A stretch of 64,000 bases of DNA from Bacteroidales bacterium (GCA_041694335.1 JASMTJ010000093.1:84-64083); one strand, 5' to 3'; positions 27,546-38,226 are shown, counted from the first letter of the stretch. Made by a program: numbers and translations. Notes: a model not told the origin generated them from the sequence alone.

Positions 27546-29582
27546 ATGAGAAGAAAACTGCTAATATTGGTTTCGGCGTTTTTGATTCTTGCCGGCGCCA
27601 AAGCAACAACAACGATGAACAAAACAATTGATCCTTCAGTGGTGGAACAAGTTAAAAGTACATTGATCGAAAAGCATGGTACTACGGAACAATTCCGAAT
27701 TGAAAGGGGCGTGTCGCAGGCAGCCTCTCTGTGGCGCGAAATAGATGGAAGCCCTGCGGATTTCAAACTTTTCTGTACCAATCATTTTGTTGGGCAAGGG
27801 CCTGACCTTGACATGATGTTTAACCGAATCTCAAGAAATATGGAGGTTTTATGGGGAAAGTTCCATGAGATTGACGTGCTGCTCAAAGAACCGCTTCATC
27901 TTGCCGGACCACCCATCAGCGACATTGACATGATGTTTGGCAGCTTCAATGCCATGTCGCACCTTACCGAAGATCTGTATCGAAATAAAATCGGGTTTAT
28001 TACGGCCCTCAACTTTCCTTACTATTCACTAACGGAGAAAGAAGAGCAAGGCCAGAAATGGACGCGAAAGCAATGGGCCTATGCCCGCCTTGGAGATCTG
28101 TTCACCGCCCGCATTCCGGCAGGACTAAAACAGGAAATCTCTTCTACGCTGACAGCTGCCGACACGTATATTTCAGAATACAACATTTTTATGGGCAAGC
28201 TGGTGGACGAGAACAATAACCGTCCTTTTCCTGAATCGCTCAAGCTTATCACGCACTGGGGACTGCGCGATGAACTAAAATCTCAATATGCCAATGATAA
28301 AGCAGGGCTCGAAAATCAAAAGATGATATATGCTGTGATGAAGCGCATTATCGATCAGTCAATCCCCACAGAGGTCATCAATAAAGGCGAGCTGTTATGG
28401 AATCCATACACAAATGAATTGGTGAGTGAAGGTAAAAAGCTGGAGGCAACTCCGGAGCCCGATACACGTTATGCTACCTTGCTGAAGAACTTCAAGGTGA
28501 TGAAGAAGGCAGATGGCTATTATCCGAACTATGAATCGTTTATTCAACGTAAGTTTGAGGGCGATTATGAGATCACACAATCGGATGTGGAGAAGCTTTT
28601 TACCGAATTCGTTTCTTCACCAGTCATCAGGGAAACCGGTAAACTTATCGAACAGCGCCTGGGCAGAAAGCTAAAGCCCTGGGACATCTGGTATGACGGC
28701 TTTAAAGCCCGCAGCAGTATTTCGGAGGACGAACTCGACGAAATAGTATCTGAGCGATACCCAAACCCAAAAGCCTTTGAGGCGGCCCTGCCGGATATGC
28801 TTATTCAACTTGGATTTGCGAATGACAAGGCTCATGAGATTGCCTCGAAAATTGTGGTTGATCCGGCACGTGGTGCAGGCCATGCCTGGGGTGCCGAAAT
28901 GCGCAGCGATGTGGCTCACTTGCGCACTCGTATTGGTGAAGATGGGATGGATTACAAAGGTTATAACATCGCCGTGCATGAGTTCGGGCATAACGTAGAG
29001 CAAACCATTACGCTGCATGATGTGGATTATTACATGCTGAATGGCGTTCCGAACACTGCTTTTACAGAAGCACTGGCCTTCATTTTTCAGAAAAGAGATT
29101 TAAGCCTGCTTGGGATGAAAGAAAAAAATCCTGACAAAGCACACCTGCAGGCACTGGATAACCTGTGGTCTTCATACGAAATCATGGGCGTTTCGCTGGT
29201 GGATATGAAGGTGTGGAAGTGGATGTATGCAAATCCTGACGCGAGTGCATCAGAACTTAATGAGGCTGTTACACGCATTGCAAAGGAGGTTTGGAATAAA
29301 TACTATGCCGATGTTTTCGGGAGCACTGACGAGCCCATCCTGGCGATTTATTCGCACATGATCGACAATCCGCTCTACCTTTCGGCTTATCCTTTGGGGC
29401 ACCTCATCGATTTCCAGATAGAGAAACAACTCGAAGGAAAGGATTTTGCGGATGAAGTAATGCTCATTTACACGAAAGGGCGCATCATTCCACAGTTGTG
29501 GATGCAACACGCTGTTGGCAATTCAATTGCCATTGAGCCTACGCTGGAGGCATCAGAAAAGGCACTGAAAGCTGTAAAATAA
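27546..29582 (+). CDS. Secreted zinc metallopeptidase (gluzincin, HEXXH)
   Basis: Start at MRRKLLILVSAFLILAGAKA (signal peptide). HEFGH motif (NIAVHEFGHNVEQT) with a downstream Glu (FTEALAF). Exact MEROPS family not recognised. Confidence 0.7.
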   Translation: MRRKLLILVSAFLILAGAKATTTMNKTIDPSVVEQVKSTLIEKHGTTEQFRIERGVSQAASLWREIDGSPADFKLFCTNHFVGQGPDLDMMFNRISRNMEVLWGKFHEIDVLLKEPLHLAGPPISDIDMMFGSFNAMSHLTEDLYRNKIGFITALNFPYYSLTEKEEQGQKWTRKQWAYARLGDLFTARIPAGLKQEISSTLTAADTYISEYNIFMGKLVDENNNRPFPESLKLITHWGLRDELKSQYANDKAGLENQKMIYAVMKRIIDQSIPTEVINKGELLWNPYTNELVSEGKKLEATPEPDTRYATLLKNFKVMKKADGYYPNYESFIQRKFEGDYEITQSDVEKLFTEFVSSPVIRETGKLIEQRLGRKLKPWDIWYDGFKARSSISEDELDEIVSERYPNPKAFEAALPDMLIQLGFANDKAHEIASKIVVDPARGAGHAWGAEMRSDVAHLRTRIGEDGMDYKGYNIAVHEFGHNVEQTITLHDVDYYMLNGVPNTAFTEALAFIFQKRDLSLLGMKEKNPDKAHLQALDNLWSSYEIMGVSLVDMKVWKWMYANPDASASELNEAVTRIAKEVWNKYYADVFGSTDEPILAIYSHMIDNPLYLSAYPLGHLIDFQIEKQLEGKDFADEVMLIYTKGRIIPQLWMQHAVGNSIAIEPTLEASEKALKAVK

Positions 29583-29590
29583 ACCAAAAC

Positions 29591-29697
29591 GGGTTGTCTC
29601 ATAATTGAGGTTTAGGCCTTTCAGCGACTCCTCCTAATGCGGATTGGGGTAGTCGCTGAAGTTCAATAGCGAGCAAAATGAAATTATGAGGCAGCCT
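29591..29697. terminator. Composite nested hairpin / bidirectional terminator between convergent genes
   Basis: The outer 15-bp stem GGTTGTCTCATAATT / AATTATGAGGCAGCC (2 G-U) encloses the inner 9-bp stem TCAGCGACT / AGTCGCTGA. T-rich runs flank it on both strands. Confidence 0.6.
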
Positions 29698-29701
29698 GTT
29701 T

Positions 29702-30766
29702 TTATTTGAGTTCCTGCAAGATTTCTTTCCGTTTTATCTTTCCGCTACCGGTCTCCGAAAATTTTTCGAAAAAAAGAATGTCTTTCGGTGCATGGTGTTT
29801 CTCCACCTTCATTCTTATCCGGTTAAGAAGGGCTTCCGTGCAGCTTTCTTCCATGGGTTTTCCTTCCATAATCAGCACTACCCTTTGCCCAAATTCTTTG
29901 TCAGGAAGTCCGGCGATAAAAAACCGCCTGTAGATCATGCCGGCAATTTGCTTTTCCACATCTTCCGGAAAAACTTTTACTCCTCCCGAGTTAATCACAT
30001 CGTCATAGCGTCCATGCCAAACAAAGTGTTTTTCATCTTTGAGCGTAACCACATCGTTGGTGTAAAAAGGTTTTGACAAGTTATCGCCCGATACAATCAA
30101 ACGGTTTTCTTTATCGGCAGAAAGACTGAACCCTTCCAGCACCCGATAGATATCGGAAGGCTTATCTCCGTTGACCCTTCTGACCGCGATATGTGTCAGT
30201 GTTTCTGTCATTCCAAAGCTTTGAAAAACGGTAGATCCGAAACGCTGCAACTTTCTTTCAAGCGAATGATCGATGGTTGCTCCTCCTACCAAAATGGTTT
30301 CAAAAAGAGCTTCCTTTTCAGGATACTGCACAAGGCTTTTTAACTGCAAAGGCACCACCGGAACAAACTTCACCGGTTTGTTCCAATCTTTCCAGGGATT
30401 GGTTTTGGGGTGTGTTATCCACAGATCGAGTCCGCCCACCAGCGCCCGGGCAATCATCATTTTTCCTGCGATATATTTTGCCGGTAAACACAGCAAAACA
30501 CGATCGCCGGGGTTCAGGTTAAAAAAACTAATCGTACGTTTAGCAGAAGCGACAAAAGCAGATTTGGGGAAGGTCATGACTGAAGGTTCTCCGGTGGTTC
30601 CCGAGGTAGTTACTTCGAGGTCGTCCTTCTCCAGCCAGTCTAAAATGAATTCAAAAATGTCACGATACCATTCAGGCTGTTCAGGATCTAATATAGTCCG
30701 TCGGCTTTTTTCCAGTAAGGCTTTCGCCGAATACTTTTCTCCGTTGATGGTAAGCGTGTTGTACAT
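29702..30766 (-). CDS. menE: O-succinylbenzoate-CoA ligase
   Basis: 354 aa short AMP-binding enzyme (TSGTTGEP, GMTET, SGKIKRKE), last gene of the men operon. Confidence 0.8.
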   Translation of the reverse strand: MYNTLTINGEKYSAKALLEKSRRTILDPEQPEWYRDIFEFILDWLEKDDLEVTTSGTTGEPSVMTFPKSAFVASAKRTISFFNLNPGDRVLLCLPAKYIAGKMMIARALVGGLDLWITHPKTNPWKDWNKPVKFVPVVPLQLKSLVQYPEKEALFETILVGGATIDHSLERKLQRFGSTVFQSFGMTETLTHIAVRRVNGDKPSDIYRVLEGFSLSADKENRLIVSGDNLSKPFYTNDVVTLKDEKHFVWHGRYDDVINSGGVKVFPEDVEKQIAGMIYRRFFIAGLPDKEFGQRVVLIMEGKPMEESCTEALLNRIRMKVEKHHAPKDILFFEKFSETGSGKIKRKEILQELK

Positions 30767-30768
30767 GA

Positions 30769-31815
30769 TTAAATGTTTAAAAAATCAATTTCCCAGTTCT
30801 TGTCAGGACGATACCAAATCTGCCCAGAGGCAATATCGAGGGGCGAAGAAATATTGTTCGTGTAAAGCTGCCCTGTTCCTAAACCTTGTGGCATGCTGTT
30901 TCCTAGAGTGTAGGTCCACTGCGCAATGGCATTCAGCCCGATATTCGACTCCAGCGCACTTGTCACCCACCATCCGGCGTTGAAGCGTTCGGCAATGTCT
31001 ATCCACTCCTCACTGCTTTCGAAGCCACCTACTAAACTTGGTTTCAAGATAATATACTGTGGCCTTATTTCATCTATCAGGTGAGTTTTCTCCTCACAGT
31101 TGTGGATGCCGATAAGCTCTTCATCCAGTGCTATCGGAAGGGGTGTGTTTTTGCACAGTGCTGCCATTTCCTTTGCTTGCCCTTGCCGGATGGGTTGTTC
31201 TATGCTATGGATTTTGAGCTTGCTGAGTTCTTCCAGTTTTCTTGGGGCATCTTTTACAGCAAATGCCCCGTTTGCATCCACGCGCAGCTCCAGGGTTTCA
31301 GCACTGTAATGTTTGCGGATATTATTAAGCAATTCCAACTCCGACTGCCAGTCGATAGCGCCAATCTTCATTTTCAGACAATCAAATCCATCCTCAAGCT
31401 TCTTGTCAATCTGCTGCCGCATAAATTGCTTATAGCCCATCCAAATCAGGCCGTTGATTTTCATCGATCTTTCACCACGCGTAAATGGTGATGGGAAAAG
31501 GATATGCTGACCCTCTGCAGAGAGGTCTTTTAAAGCCATCTCCACTCCAAAACGAATGGATGGCCAGTCTTTTAAGTGCCCTGGCTTTGTTTCATGAAAA
31601 TTCTCACACACCTCAGCGAGTTTATTATCATAATCAGGATGGTCGTCACAGCTTAATCCTTTCAGCGGACTGCATTCGCCAATGCCTCGATTTTCAGGAT
31701 TTGCGGTGTCTTCAACAATCACAAACCAGGTATCCTTTTCAAGCAATGTTCCGCGTGAGGTTCCGGCCGGGCGTTTAAATTTTAGCGTGTGTTTGAAATA
31801 TCGGGCTTTTAGCAT
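30769..31815 (-). CDS. menC: O-succinylbenzoate synthase (enolase superfamily)
   Basis: Enolase-superfamily barrel (LRVDANGAF...IEQP...LDEEL) in men operon context. The ATG at 31815 (MLKARYF...) is preferred over the listed TTG at 31827. Confidence 0.8.
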   Translation of the reverse strand: MLKARYFKHTLKFKRPAGTSRGTLLEKDTWFVIVEDTANPENRGIGECSPLKGLSCDDHPDYDNKLAEVCENFHETKPGHLKDWPSIRFGVEMALKDLSAEGQHILFPSPFTRGERSMKINGLIWMGYKQFMRQQIDKKLEDGFDCLKMKIGAIDWQSELELLNNIRKHYSAETLELRVDANGAFAVKDAPRKLEELSKLKIHSIEQPIRQGQAKEMAALCKNTPLPIALDEELIGIHNCEEKTHLIDEIRPQYIILKPSLVGGFESSEEWIDIAERFNAGWWVTSALESNIGLNAIAQWTYTLGNSMPQGLGTGQLYTNNISSPLDIASGQIWYRPDKNWEIDFLNI

Positions 31816-31819
31816 ACAT

Positions 31820-32161
31820 CTAATCAACGAGCAAACTATTAATTTCTTTTTTCAATACAGGGATATCCTTAACAATAATACTCCAAACTTGTACATTTTC
31901 TATCTCATCGTAGCCATGAGTTAATTTATTTCGAGCATTAACGATTCTTCGGGCATTAGATATTGGAATGCTGTTATCTTCCTTCAACAAAGAATTAATT
32001 GCCTCTCCAATTGTGATTAGGTTTCTCTCAACAGCATCCTGAAGCAAATGGTTGCTTGAGTAATCATTAAATTTTTTACTCTCTCCAATGTAAGATTCTA
32101 TGTTTTCGATGCATGACTGAATATCAAACAATAGCTTTTTGATTCTAATTTCTTTATCCAT
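31820..32161 (-). CDS. hepT: HepT-type HEPN (DUF86) toxin
   Basis: 113 aa. Rx4H HEPN motif in ARNKLTHGYDEI. Overlaps the MNT gene by 8 nt. Confidence 0.8.
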   Translation of the reverse strand: MDKEIRIKKLLFDIQSCIENIESYIGESKKFNDYSSNHLLQDAVERNLITIGEAINSLLKEDNSIPISNARRIVNARNKLTHGYDEIENVQVWSIIVKDIPVLKKEINSLLVD

Positions 32162-32462
32162 AAATCTTAACCTTGGTATTGTCTATTTCTTGAATGAAAT
32201 ACGGATTCTTCAATGAGCGTTCCGTCAACAAATCTACATCTCGTTTTAACAAGTCCTGAAGCGACTCTTCAAGCTCCCATAAATTCGAACCAGCTTCCAG
32301 AGGATCAAGTGAATTGTCAAGCCTAATAAGTAAATCAATGTCACTTTGGTTATTCAGTTTGTTTCTTACTCCAGACCCAAATAAATAAGCTGTTTTCACA
32401 TGATGCTTTTTAAACAAGTGCCTGATTTTATCAAGATTTGTCTGGATTTCATTATCAATCAT
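32154..32462 (-). CDS. mntA: MNT-type minimal nucleotidyltransferase antitoxin
   Basis: 102 aa. NTase motif LFGSGVRNK...SDIDLLI. Confidence 0.8.
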   Translation of the reverse strand: MIDNEIQTNLDKIRHLFKKHHVKTAYLFGSGVRNKLNNQSDIDLLIRLDNSLDPLEAGSNLWELEESLQDLLKRDVDLLTERSLKNPYFIQEIDNTKVKIYG

Positions 32463-32521
32463 TTGTTCTTCTTCAATAGTTTGAATAAATATACGAAATA
32501 AGCCTGAAAATCAATTAAGCA

Positions 32522-33424
32522 TTAAAAAAGAATCCCTATTCCAAAGGTAAAGGCAAATACCAGCGTTGTCAACGCAAGTCGTTTCAGTTCGGGATCGAGC
32601 TCCTTTGGAATGGTGTTGTGCATCACTTCCTGGATGTGTTGCACCAGGAATGGCAGCGTAATGAGGTAGAGAAACTGGAAGGGTGTGTGGAAGTGCAGCA
32701 GCGAAAAGATCACTCCTGATAAAATAGCGCCCGACAAGAGTGCAATGTGATAAACTTTGGCCTTTTTGGTACCCAAAATCACCACCATGGTTCTTTTCCC
32801 GGAGTTTTTATCGCTCACCTGGTCGCGAAGATTGTTTAAGTTAAGTACGCCCACACTGAGCAATCCCACGGAAGTGGCAGGAAGGAAAATGTCTAAAGGC
32901 AAAGTGTTGGTGTGCAGGTAAAAAGTACCTCCCACGGCTACCAGTCCGAAAAACACGAACACAAACAAATCACCGAGTCCGCGGTATCCGTAAGGATTTT
33001 TCCCCACTGTGTATTTTATGGCCGAAGCTACTGCGATTAGTCCGAGAATCAGAAAAAAGAGGGTAAAGAGAAAGTTTTCTCCTTTTGTTCCAACATAAAC
33101 CAGGATTGATCCTGAAATCAGCGAAAGCGTAGAAAAAATAATGACCATGGCCTTCATCGCTTTTGCGGATATCAAACCGCTCTGTACCGAGCGTTGTGGC
33201 CCCACACGTGTTTCGTTATCAATACCGTTTTTTGAGTCACCGTAGTCGTTAGCCAGGTTCGAAAGAATCTGAAGGAAAAGGGTGGTAAGCATGGCCAGGA
33301 TAAAAACTGCCCAGCTAAACGAACCGCTGTAGTACGCCAAAAAGCTTCCCAAAACAATGCTGGAAAGCGACAGCGGCAGTGTTCTTAGCCTGAAAGCTTC
33401 TATCCAATCTTTAACCTTTGACAT
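32522..33424 (-). CDS. menA: 1,4-dihydroxy-2-naphthoate polyprenyltransferase
   Basis: 300 aa UbiA-family membrane protein (NDYGDSKNGID, second Asp-rich region NLRDQVSD) in men context. Confidence 0.85.
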   Translation of the reverse strand: MSKVKDWIEAFRLRTLPLSLSSIVLGSFLAYYSGSFSWAVFILAMLTTLFLQILSNLANDYGDSKNGIDNETRVGPQRSVQSGLISAKAMKAMVIIFSTLSLISGSILVYVGTKGENFLFTLFFLILGLIAVASAIKYTVGKNPYGYRGLGDLFVFVFFGLVAVGGTFYLHTNTLPLDIFLPATSVGLLSVGVLNLNNLRDQVSDKNSGKRTMVVILGTKKAKVYHIALLSGAILSGVIFSLLHFHTPFQFLYLITLPFLVQHIQEVMHNTIPKELDPELKRLALTTLVFAFTFGIGILF

Positions 33425-33528
33425 AAATCGAGCGCTAAATTAATAAATATCCCGTTAAAAGCCTGATATATCGTTTTAACGGGATCTTATTAACATCTTG
33501 TGATAAGAATTGTTCTCGTGCTAACACC

Positions 33529-34353
33529 TTACGGGAACTTCGGATACTTATGGAAATCCGGGTCACGCTTTTCCAGGAATGCATTCTTTCCTTCCTGGGC
33601 TTCTTCTGTCAGATAATAGAGTAGCGTGGAGTTTCCTGCCAGCTCCTGAATCCCTGCCTGGCCATCCAGTTCGGCATTCAGTCCCATCTTTATCATGCGC
33701 AGGGCCATAGGCGAGCGCTGCATCATAGTTTTAGACCAGTCAACCACCTCATCTTCGAGCTCGTCGAGCGGCACCACTTTATTGACCATACCCATTTCCT
33801 CGGCCTCCTTAGCGGAATACTGACGGCACAGGAACCAAATCTCGCGCGCTTTCTTTTGGCCCACGTGGCGTGCCAGGTAAGACGATCCGAATCCAGCGTC
33901 AAAGCTTCCTACTTTAGGTCCGGTTTGCCCGAAGATGGCGTTTTCTGAAGCGATGGAGAGATCGCACATCACATGAAGCACATGCCCGCCACCAATGGCG
34001 TAGCCATTAACCATCGCAATAACCGGCTTGGGAAGGGAGCGAATCATGCGTTGAAGATCCAGCACGTTGAGGCGTGGCACTTTGTCTTCGCCGATATATC
34101 CGCCTTTTCCTTTCACATTCTGGTCACCCCCCGAGCAGAAAGCCTTATCGCCCTCACCGGTGAAAACCACCACATTGATGTCATTATTTTCGCGACTGTG
34201 ATGCATGGCATCAATCATTTCATTAACGGTTTGCGGACGAAAAGCATTTCGTACTTCCGGACGATTGATGGTGATTTTTGCAATTCCTTCAAAAAACTCA
34301 AATCGAATATCGTTATATTCCTTTAGTTGTTTCCATTCTCTTGTTGCACTCAT
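33529..34353 (-). CDS. menB: 1,4-dihydroxy-2-naphthoyl-CoA synthase
   Basis: 274 aa crotonase fold with MenB signature (FCSGGDQ...[18 protein letters not shown]...[10 protein letters not shown]). Confidence 0.9.
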   Translation of the reverse strand: MSATREWKQLKEYNDIRFEFFEGIAKITINRPEVRNAFRPQTVNEMIDAMHHSRENNDINVVVFTGEGDKAFCSGGDQNVKGKGGYIGEDKVPRLNVLDLQRMIRSLPKPVIAMVNGYAIGGGHVLHVMCDLSIASENAIFGQTGPKVGSFDAGFGSSYLARHVGQKKAREIWFLCRQYSAKEAEEMGMVNKVVPLDELEDEVVDWSKTMMQRSPMALRMIKMGLNAELDGQAGIQELAGNSTLLYYLTEEAQEGKNAFLEKRDPDFHKYPKFP

Positions 34354-34355
34354 AT

Positions 34356-36035
34356 CTATCCTTTTAATTGTTTGAAATAATCTTTGAGCACCACATCATT
34401 CTTTTCGCCGGGAGTCTTTATTTCCAGAATCACGGGACTTTCGTGTGGTTTGTAAATTATTCTAAGAACGTCGTTTAGCCCGGTTTGTTCATCGCAATAA
34501 TAGTATTTCAGTCCAAAAACGGCCGCCATTTTTTCTATCTCAAATGTTTGCTTCGTTTCAAAATATTCTTCCATTTGACCTGTGGTTGCCGGCCCGGGAA
34601 TAATCCTGAAAATGCTTCCGCCCTGGTTGTTGATGACGATAATTCGGAGATTTTTCGGGAGGTTCTTATTCCACAGGGCATTACTGTCGTAATAAAAACT
34701 CACATCGCCGGTGATAACTGTATTGATTTCATCAGATTGAGCGGCATATCCTGCAGCGGTGGAGACAATGCCATCAATACCGCTGGTTCCTCTGTTGGCC
34801 ATATATTTTACCCCTTGTTTTGGTGCAAAAAGCATGGCATATCGTACAGGTGTGCTGTTTCCGAGATGCAGCACACCTGGAACAGATATATCTTCCATAA
34901 GACTTTTGAACGCTTTCAGGTCTGACCATCCCGAATTATCAAGATATCGATCATGTACTCTCTGGCCACATGACTCAAGTCCACCCCACTTTTCTCTATA
35001 ATCTGATTCAATTGGGTTTAAATGAGGTAGTACCGACTGAAGAAAGATCAAAGGTGACACAGGTACCACCCGGGTCAGGCTCTTGTAGGTATCGGTGTGC
35101 TGTTTTCCGTCATCGATATGCCAGTGGCTTACGGGTTTGTGCTTTCTCAGGAAAGCTTTTATTTGCTTCGACACCACATCGGTACCTATCGTTATCAACA
35201 GATCAGGTTGGTATGTCTCCACCTCATTGGCTGGCATCGTATTTAACGAGCGGTCAATGTAGTGATGAAAATCCGGGTGAAAAAGGTTGGAGGTGCGCTC
35301 CGTTAAAACCACTGTGTTGGGCTGCTCTGAGGCTTTTACCAATAGCTTTTCCAGCTCACTGTCGGGCATTAACACCCCTGTAAGAATCATTACCCGCTTT
35401 GCTGTGTTCCAGTCTTTAGCGAGATTAATCACTTCTTTCTGACTCAACTGCTTATCAGCATAGCTCATCGCAATATTTTTGGCCGGATTAATAGTTTCCT
35501 GCTCCCCATACAGAGGTTCCCGCAAAGGAATATTCAGGTGCACCGGACCTTTAGCCGGTGTAACAGCCTGGTTGATAGCCTCCGCAATCAGCCGCTCGCC
35601 ATACCACAGCCTGTCTTCATCCAATGGTTCCTGTGGCAAGGTCGCTTCGAATTTGATAAAACTATGGTAAGCATTACTTTGCCTGATAGCCTGTCCTTCA
35701 CGCTGATCAAGTAATTCTCCCGGACGGTCAGCCGTCAGTGCAATTAGCGGCACACGCTGATAAAATGCCTCGGATAAAGCCGGCGCGTAATTGAGCATGG
35801 CTGTTCCTGAAGTGCAGGTGATTGCAACCGGAGCCTTCAAAGACAGACTCATCCCCAAAGCGTAGTAGGCGGCCGAACGCTCATCCACAATGCTGTGACA
35901 ATGAATATCGGGATGGGCTGTGAGCGACTTAATCAGTGGCGCATTGCGCGAGCCCGGAGATATGACCACATGATGAACTCCTTTGGCAGCCAATAAGGCC
36001 ACCACCCTGTTAACAATCTCTTTATCAGAATACAT
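34356..36035 (-). CDS. menD: SEPHCHC synthase (ThDP-dependent)
   Basis: 559 aa with ThDP enzyme architecture ([36 protein letters not shown]). Confidence 0.9.
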   Translation of the reverse strand: MYSDKEIVNRVVALLAAKGVHHVVISPGSRNAPLIKSLTAHPDIHCHSIVDERSAAYYALGMSLSLKAPVAITCTSGTAMLNYAPALSEAFYQRVPLIALTADRPGELLDQREGQAIRQSNAYHSFIKFEATLPQEPLDEDRLWYGERLIAEAINQAVTPAKGPVHLNIPLREPLYGEQETINPAKNIAMSYADKQLSQKEVINLAKDWNTAKRVMILTGVLMPDSELEKLLVKASEQPNTVVLTERTSNLFHPDFHHYIDRSLNTMPANEVETYQPDLLITIGTDVVSKQIKAFLRKHKPVSHWHIDDGKQHTDTYKSLTRVVPVSPLIFLQSVLPHLNPIESDYREKWGGLESCGQRVHDRYLDNSGWSDLKAFKSLMEDISVPGVLHLGNSTPVRYAMLFAPKQGVKYMANRGTSGIDGIVSTAAGYAAQSDEINTVITGDVSFYYDSNALWNKNLPKNLRIIVINNQGGSIFRIIPGPATTGQMEEYFETKQTFEIEKMAAVFGLKYYYCDEQTGLNDVLRIIYKPHESPVILEIKTPGEKNDVVLKDYFKQLKG

Positions 36036-37105
36036 TATTTAATCTTTTCTGCAACATTTAGTAAGGTACGCGTCTTTTCCTGCGTTTCTTCCCACTCTTT
36101 CTCCGCCTCAGAGCCTTTGGTCAATCCTCCCCCGGCATAAAGCACAGATCGGTCATTAAACACCTGTAAACACCGTAGGTTTACGAAAAGATTCACTTCT
36201 TGTTTCCCAAAATCCACTTCACCTAAAAACCCACTGTAAAAACCACGTGTATGTTTCTCTGCTTTCTTTATCAGTTTCCTGGATTTGTTTCGCGGAATAC
36301 CACATACAGCAGGAGTTGGATGCAAGGCACGGGCTACAGTAAGTGCTTTGCCCGAAATCTGATTTTCGGGAATACTGAAAGATGTTTTCAGGTGAACCAC
36401 ATTTCCGGCGGTGAAATTTTCAGGCCCTTTCTTTCCAAAGTGCTTGATATCATTGGCATGCAATATTCTTTCGATAAACGTTGAAACCACGCCCTGTTCA
36501 TGCTCCTCCTTTTTTGTCCACTCCACTTTACTTTCGGCAGCACGCGTTCCGGCCACAGATACGGTTTCATAACCCTGCCCTTGTTTCGACAATAAAATTT
36601 CGGGTGTAGCTCCCATCCAACAACCCCTTTGCGGGATATTAAAAATGTAAGCCATTGCTTTGGGATAGGCTTTTTCGAGCAGTACAAACATTTTTCCCGC
36701 CACTTTTAAATTTATGGCATTGCTTTCACGGGTTCGGGAAAGCACAACTTTTTCTAACTTCCCTTCATCGATAGCCGCTTTCAGTTGTTTGAAAGCCTCA
36801 AAATATTCTTTCCTGGTGGTAATATGAGGGGCGGCATTGTCCTTAGGAGGATGACCCGAAAGTGTTTTAATATCATCAATTTGAGATATTTCCGGATACG
36901 TTTTTATAGCGCGAATAAAATATGCCGGCAGCTTATCTTCAGCATAAAAGGGAGCCACCGTGAATCCATGCCCCTTAGGATCCTTCCCGGATTGCAAAGG
37001 AACAGCATGGTTTGCAAAAACCCCTTTTAATTCCCCTCCCGGATAGCGCCAGAAAGCAAAAGCCATGTTATTCTCAAGGCAGTATTGAATCAGTTTTTCA
37101 GGCAT
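36035..37105 (-). CDS. menF: Isochorismate synthase
   Basis: 356 aa chorismate-binding domain (LHPTPAVCG, RGFYSGFLG, AGGGLTKGSEAEKEWEE). 1-nt overlap with menD. Confidence 0.85.
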   Translation of the reverse strand: MPEKLIQYCLENNMAFAFWRYPGGELKGVFANHAVPLQSGKDPKGHGFTVAPFYAEDKLPAYFIRAIKTYPEISQIDDIKTLSGHPPKDNAAPHITTRKEYFEAFKQLKAAIDEGKLEKVVLSRTRESNAINLKVAGKMFVLLEKAYPKAMAYIFNIPQRGCWMGATPEILLSKQGQGYETVSVAGTRAAESKVEWTKKEEHEQGVVSTFIERILHANDIKHFGKKGPENFTAGNVVHLKTSFSIPENQISGKALTVARALHPTPAVCGIPRNKSRKLIKKAEKHTRGFYSGFLGEVDFGKQEVNLFVNLRCLQVFNDRSVLYAGGGLTKGSEAEKEWEETQEKTRTLLNVAEKIK

Positions 37106-37538
37106 CCTGTGCGTTTTCCTTACGTTGAATAAAGTTGGTCAGGCGACAGATGGATACGAGGTTGTCTTCATCATCGCGAATAGCAATTTGTACAATGTGG
37201 CTGTTTTTTCCCCGATGGAGGAATGTAGCTGTTGCGATGACTTTGTTTCCGTGTGGTACGCTGCGCACGTGGTTGGCATTTATCTCCATTCCCTTTACCA
37301 AATACTCCTCCGGATTCATCACCATTGCAGACAAAGCTCCGCCCACTGTTTCGGCGAGAGCGAGATTAGCACCGCCATGCAAAATTTTGAATGGTTGAAT
37401 GGTTTTGTCATTAACCGGCATCTCCGCTTTCAGAAACTCCGGACTCAAACCCGTAAAGACAATCCCCAGGTTATCGATGAGCGTTGACTTGCTCATCGAG
37501 TTAAAATCGTCCAGCGAAAAGTATAGCTTATCCTCCAT
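37098..37538 (-). CDS. Hotdog-fold (PaaI-type) thioesterase, probable DHNA-CoA thioesterase
   Basis: Start set at MEDKLYFSLDD (37538). PaaI-like core (ILHGGANLALAETVGG). 8-nt overlap with menF; first gene of the men operon. Confidence 0.7.
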   Translation of the reverse strand: MEDKLYFSLDDFNSMSKSTLIDNLGIVFTGLSPEFLKAEMPVNDKTIQPFKILHGGANLALAETVGGALSAMVMNPEEYLVKGMEINANHVRSVPHGNKVIATATFLHRGKNSHIVQIAIRDDEDNLVSICRLTNFIQRKENAQDA

Positions 37539-37613
37539 CCCACAAAAGTAGCAAATTGTCCATTTTTGTCCTATTTTTATCGCAGCAGCTAAAAAACCGA
37601 TGAAACCAGAAAA

Positions 37614-38135
37614 ATGAATCTGACAGAATTGATTGAAATGCATCCCGGAGTGGATAATGCCAGGCAACTGGCAAAGATGGCCTACGAAAGTGAAAGTTGC
37701 CGCGATGAACTATGGCAGCTCACCAGTCATGAAAAAAACTATATTTCGAGGGTGGCAGCATGGGCATTGGAGCATTGTTTTCTTGAGCATCCTGAAGTGA
37801 TAAAGCCTTATCTTCCGGCGATGGCCAAGCGACTTCCTGAGGTTCCCAACGATTCGCTTCGTAGGCACTTCCTGAAAATGTTATGGATGGGAGGTTTTGA
37901 AGAGGAGCATCACGGTATTTTAGCTGACCTGAGCTTCCGCTGGCTGATGGATCCTGAAAGGCCCACCGCTGTTAAAATGTTTTCGATGAAAATACTTTAC
38001 GACATCTCTGAGGCCGAACCTGACCTTAAGCCTGAACTTGCCGCCGTTATTGAAGACCAACTCCCCAAAGGAACGCCCGGCTTTAAAAATACCGCACAAA
38101 AAATGCTGAATAAGCTCTACAGGCAAATTGGTTAG
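37614..38135 (+). CDS. Hypothetical helical-repeat protein
   Basis: 173 aa, all-helical looking with HEAT-like repeats. No motif recognised. Confidence 0.45.
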   Translation: MNLTELIEMHPGVDNARQLAKMAYESESCRDELWQLTSHEKNYISRVAAWALEHCFLEHPEVIKPYLPAMAKRLPEVPNDSLRRHFLKMLWMGGFEEEHHGILADLSFRWLMDPERPTAVKMFSMKILYDISEAEPDLKPELAAVIEDQLPKGTPGFKNTAQKMLNKLYRQIG

Positions 38136-38226
38136 ATCCACTTCGTGTAAGGTTTTGACTATAAAAAAGACGCCCAAAACAAGGCGCCTTCTCAACAATC
38201 AACATGAATTCAAAAATTCCAATGAA

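Noticed and set aside
30273-30983. 236-aa plus-strand ORF spanning the menE/menC junction.
   Set aside because: It is antisense to two tightly packed men genes and has no motifs. It is a shadow ORF.
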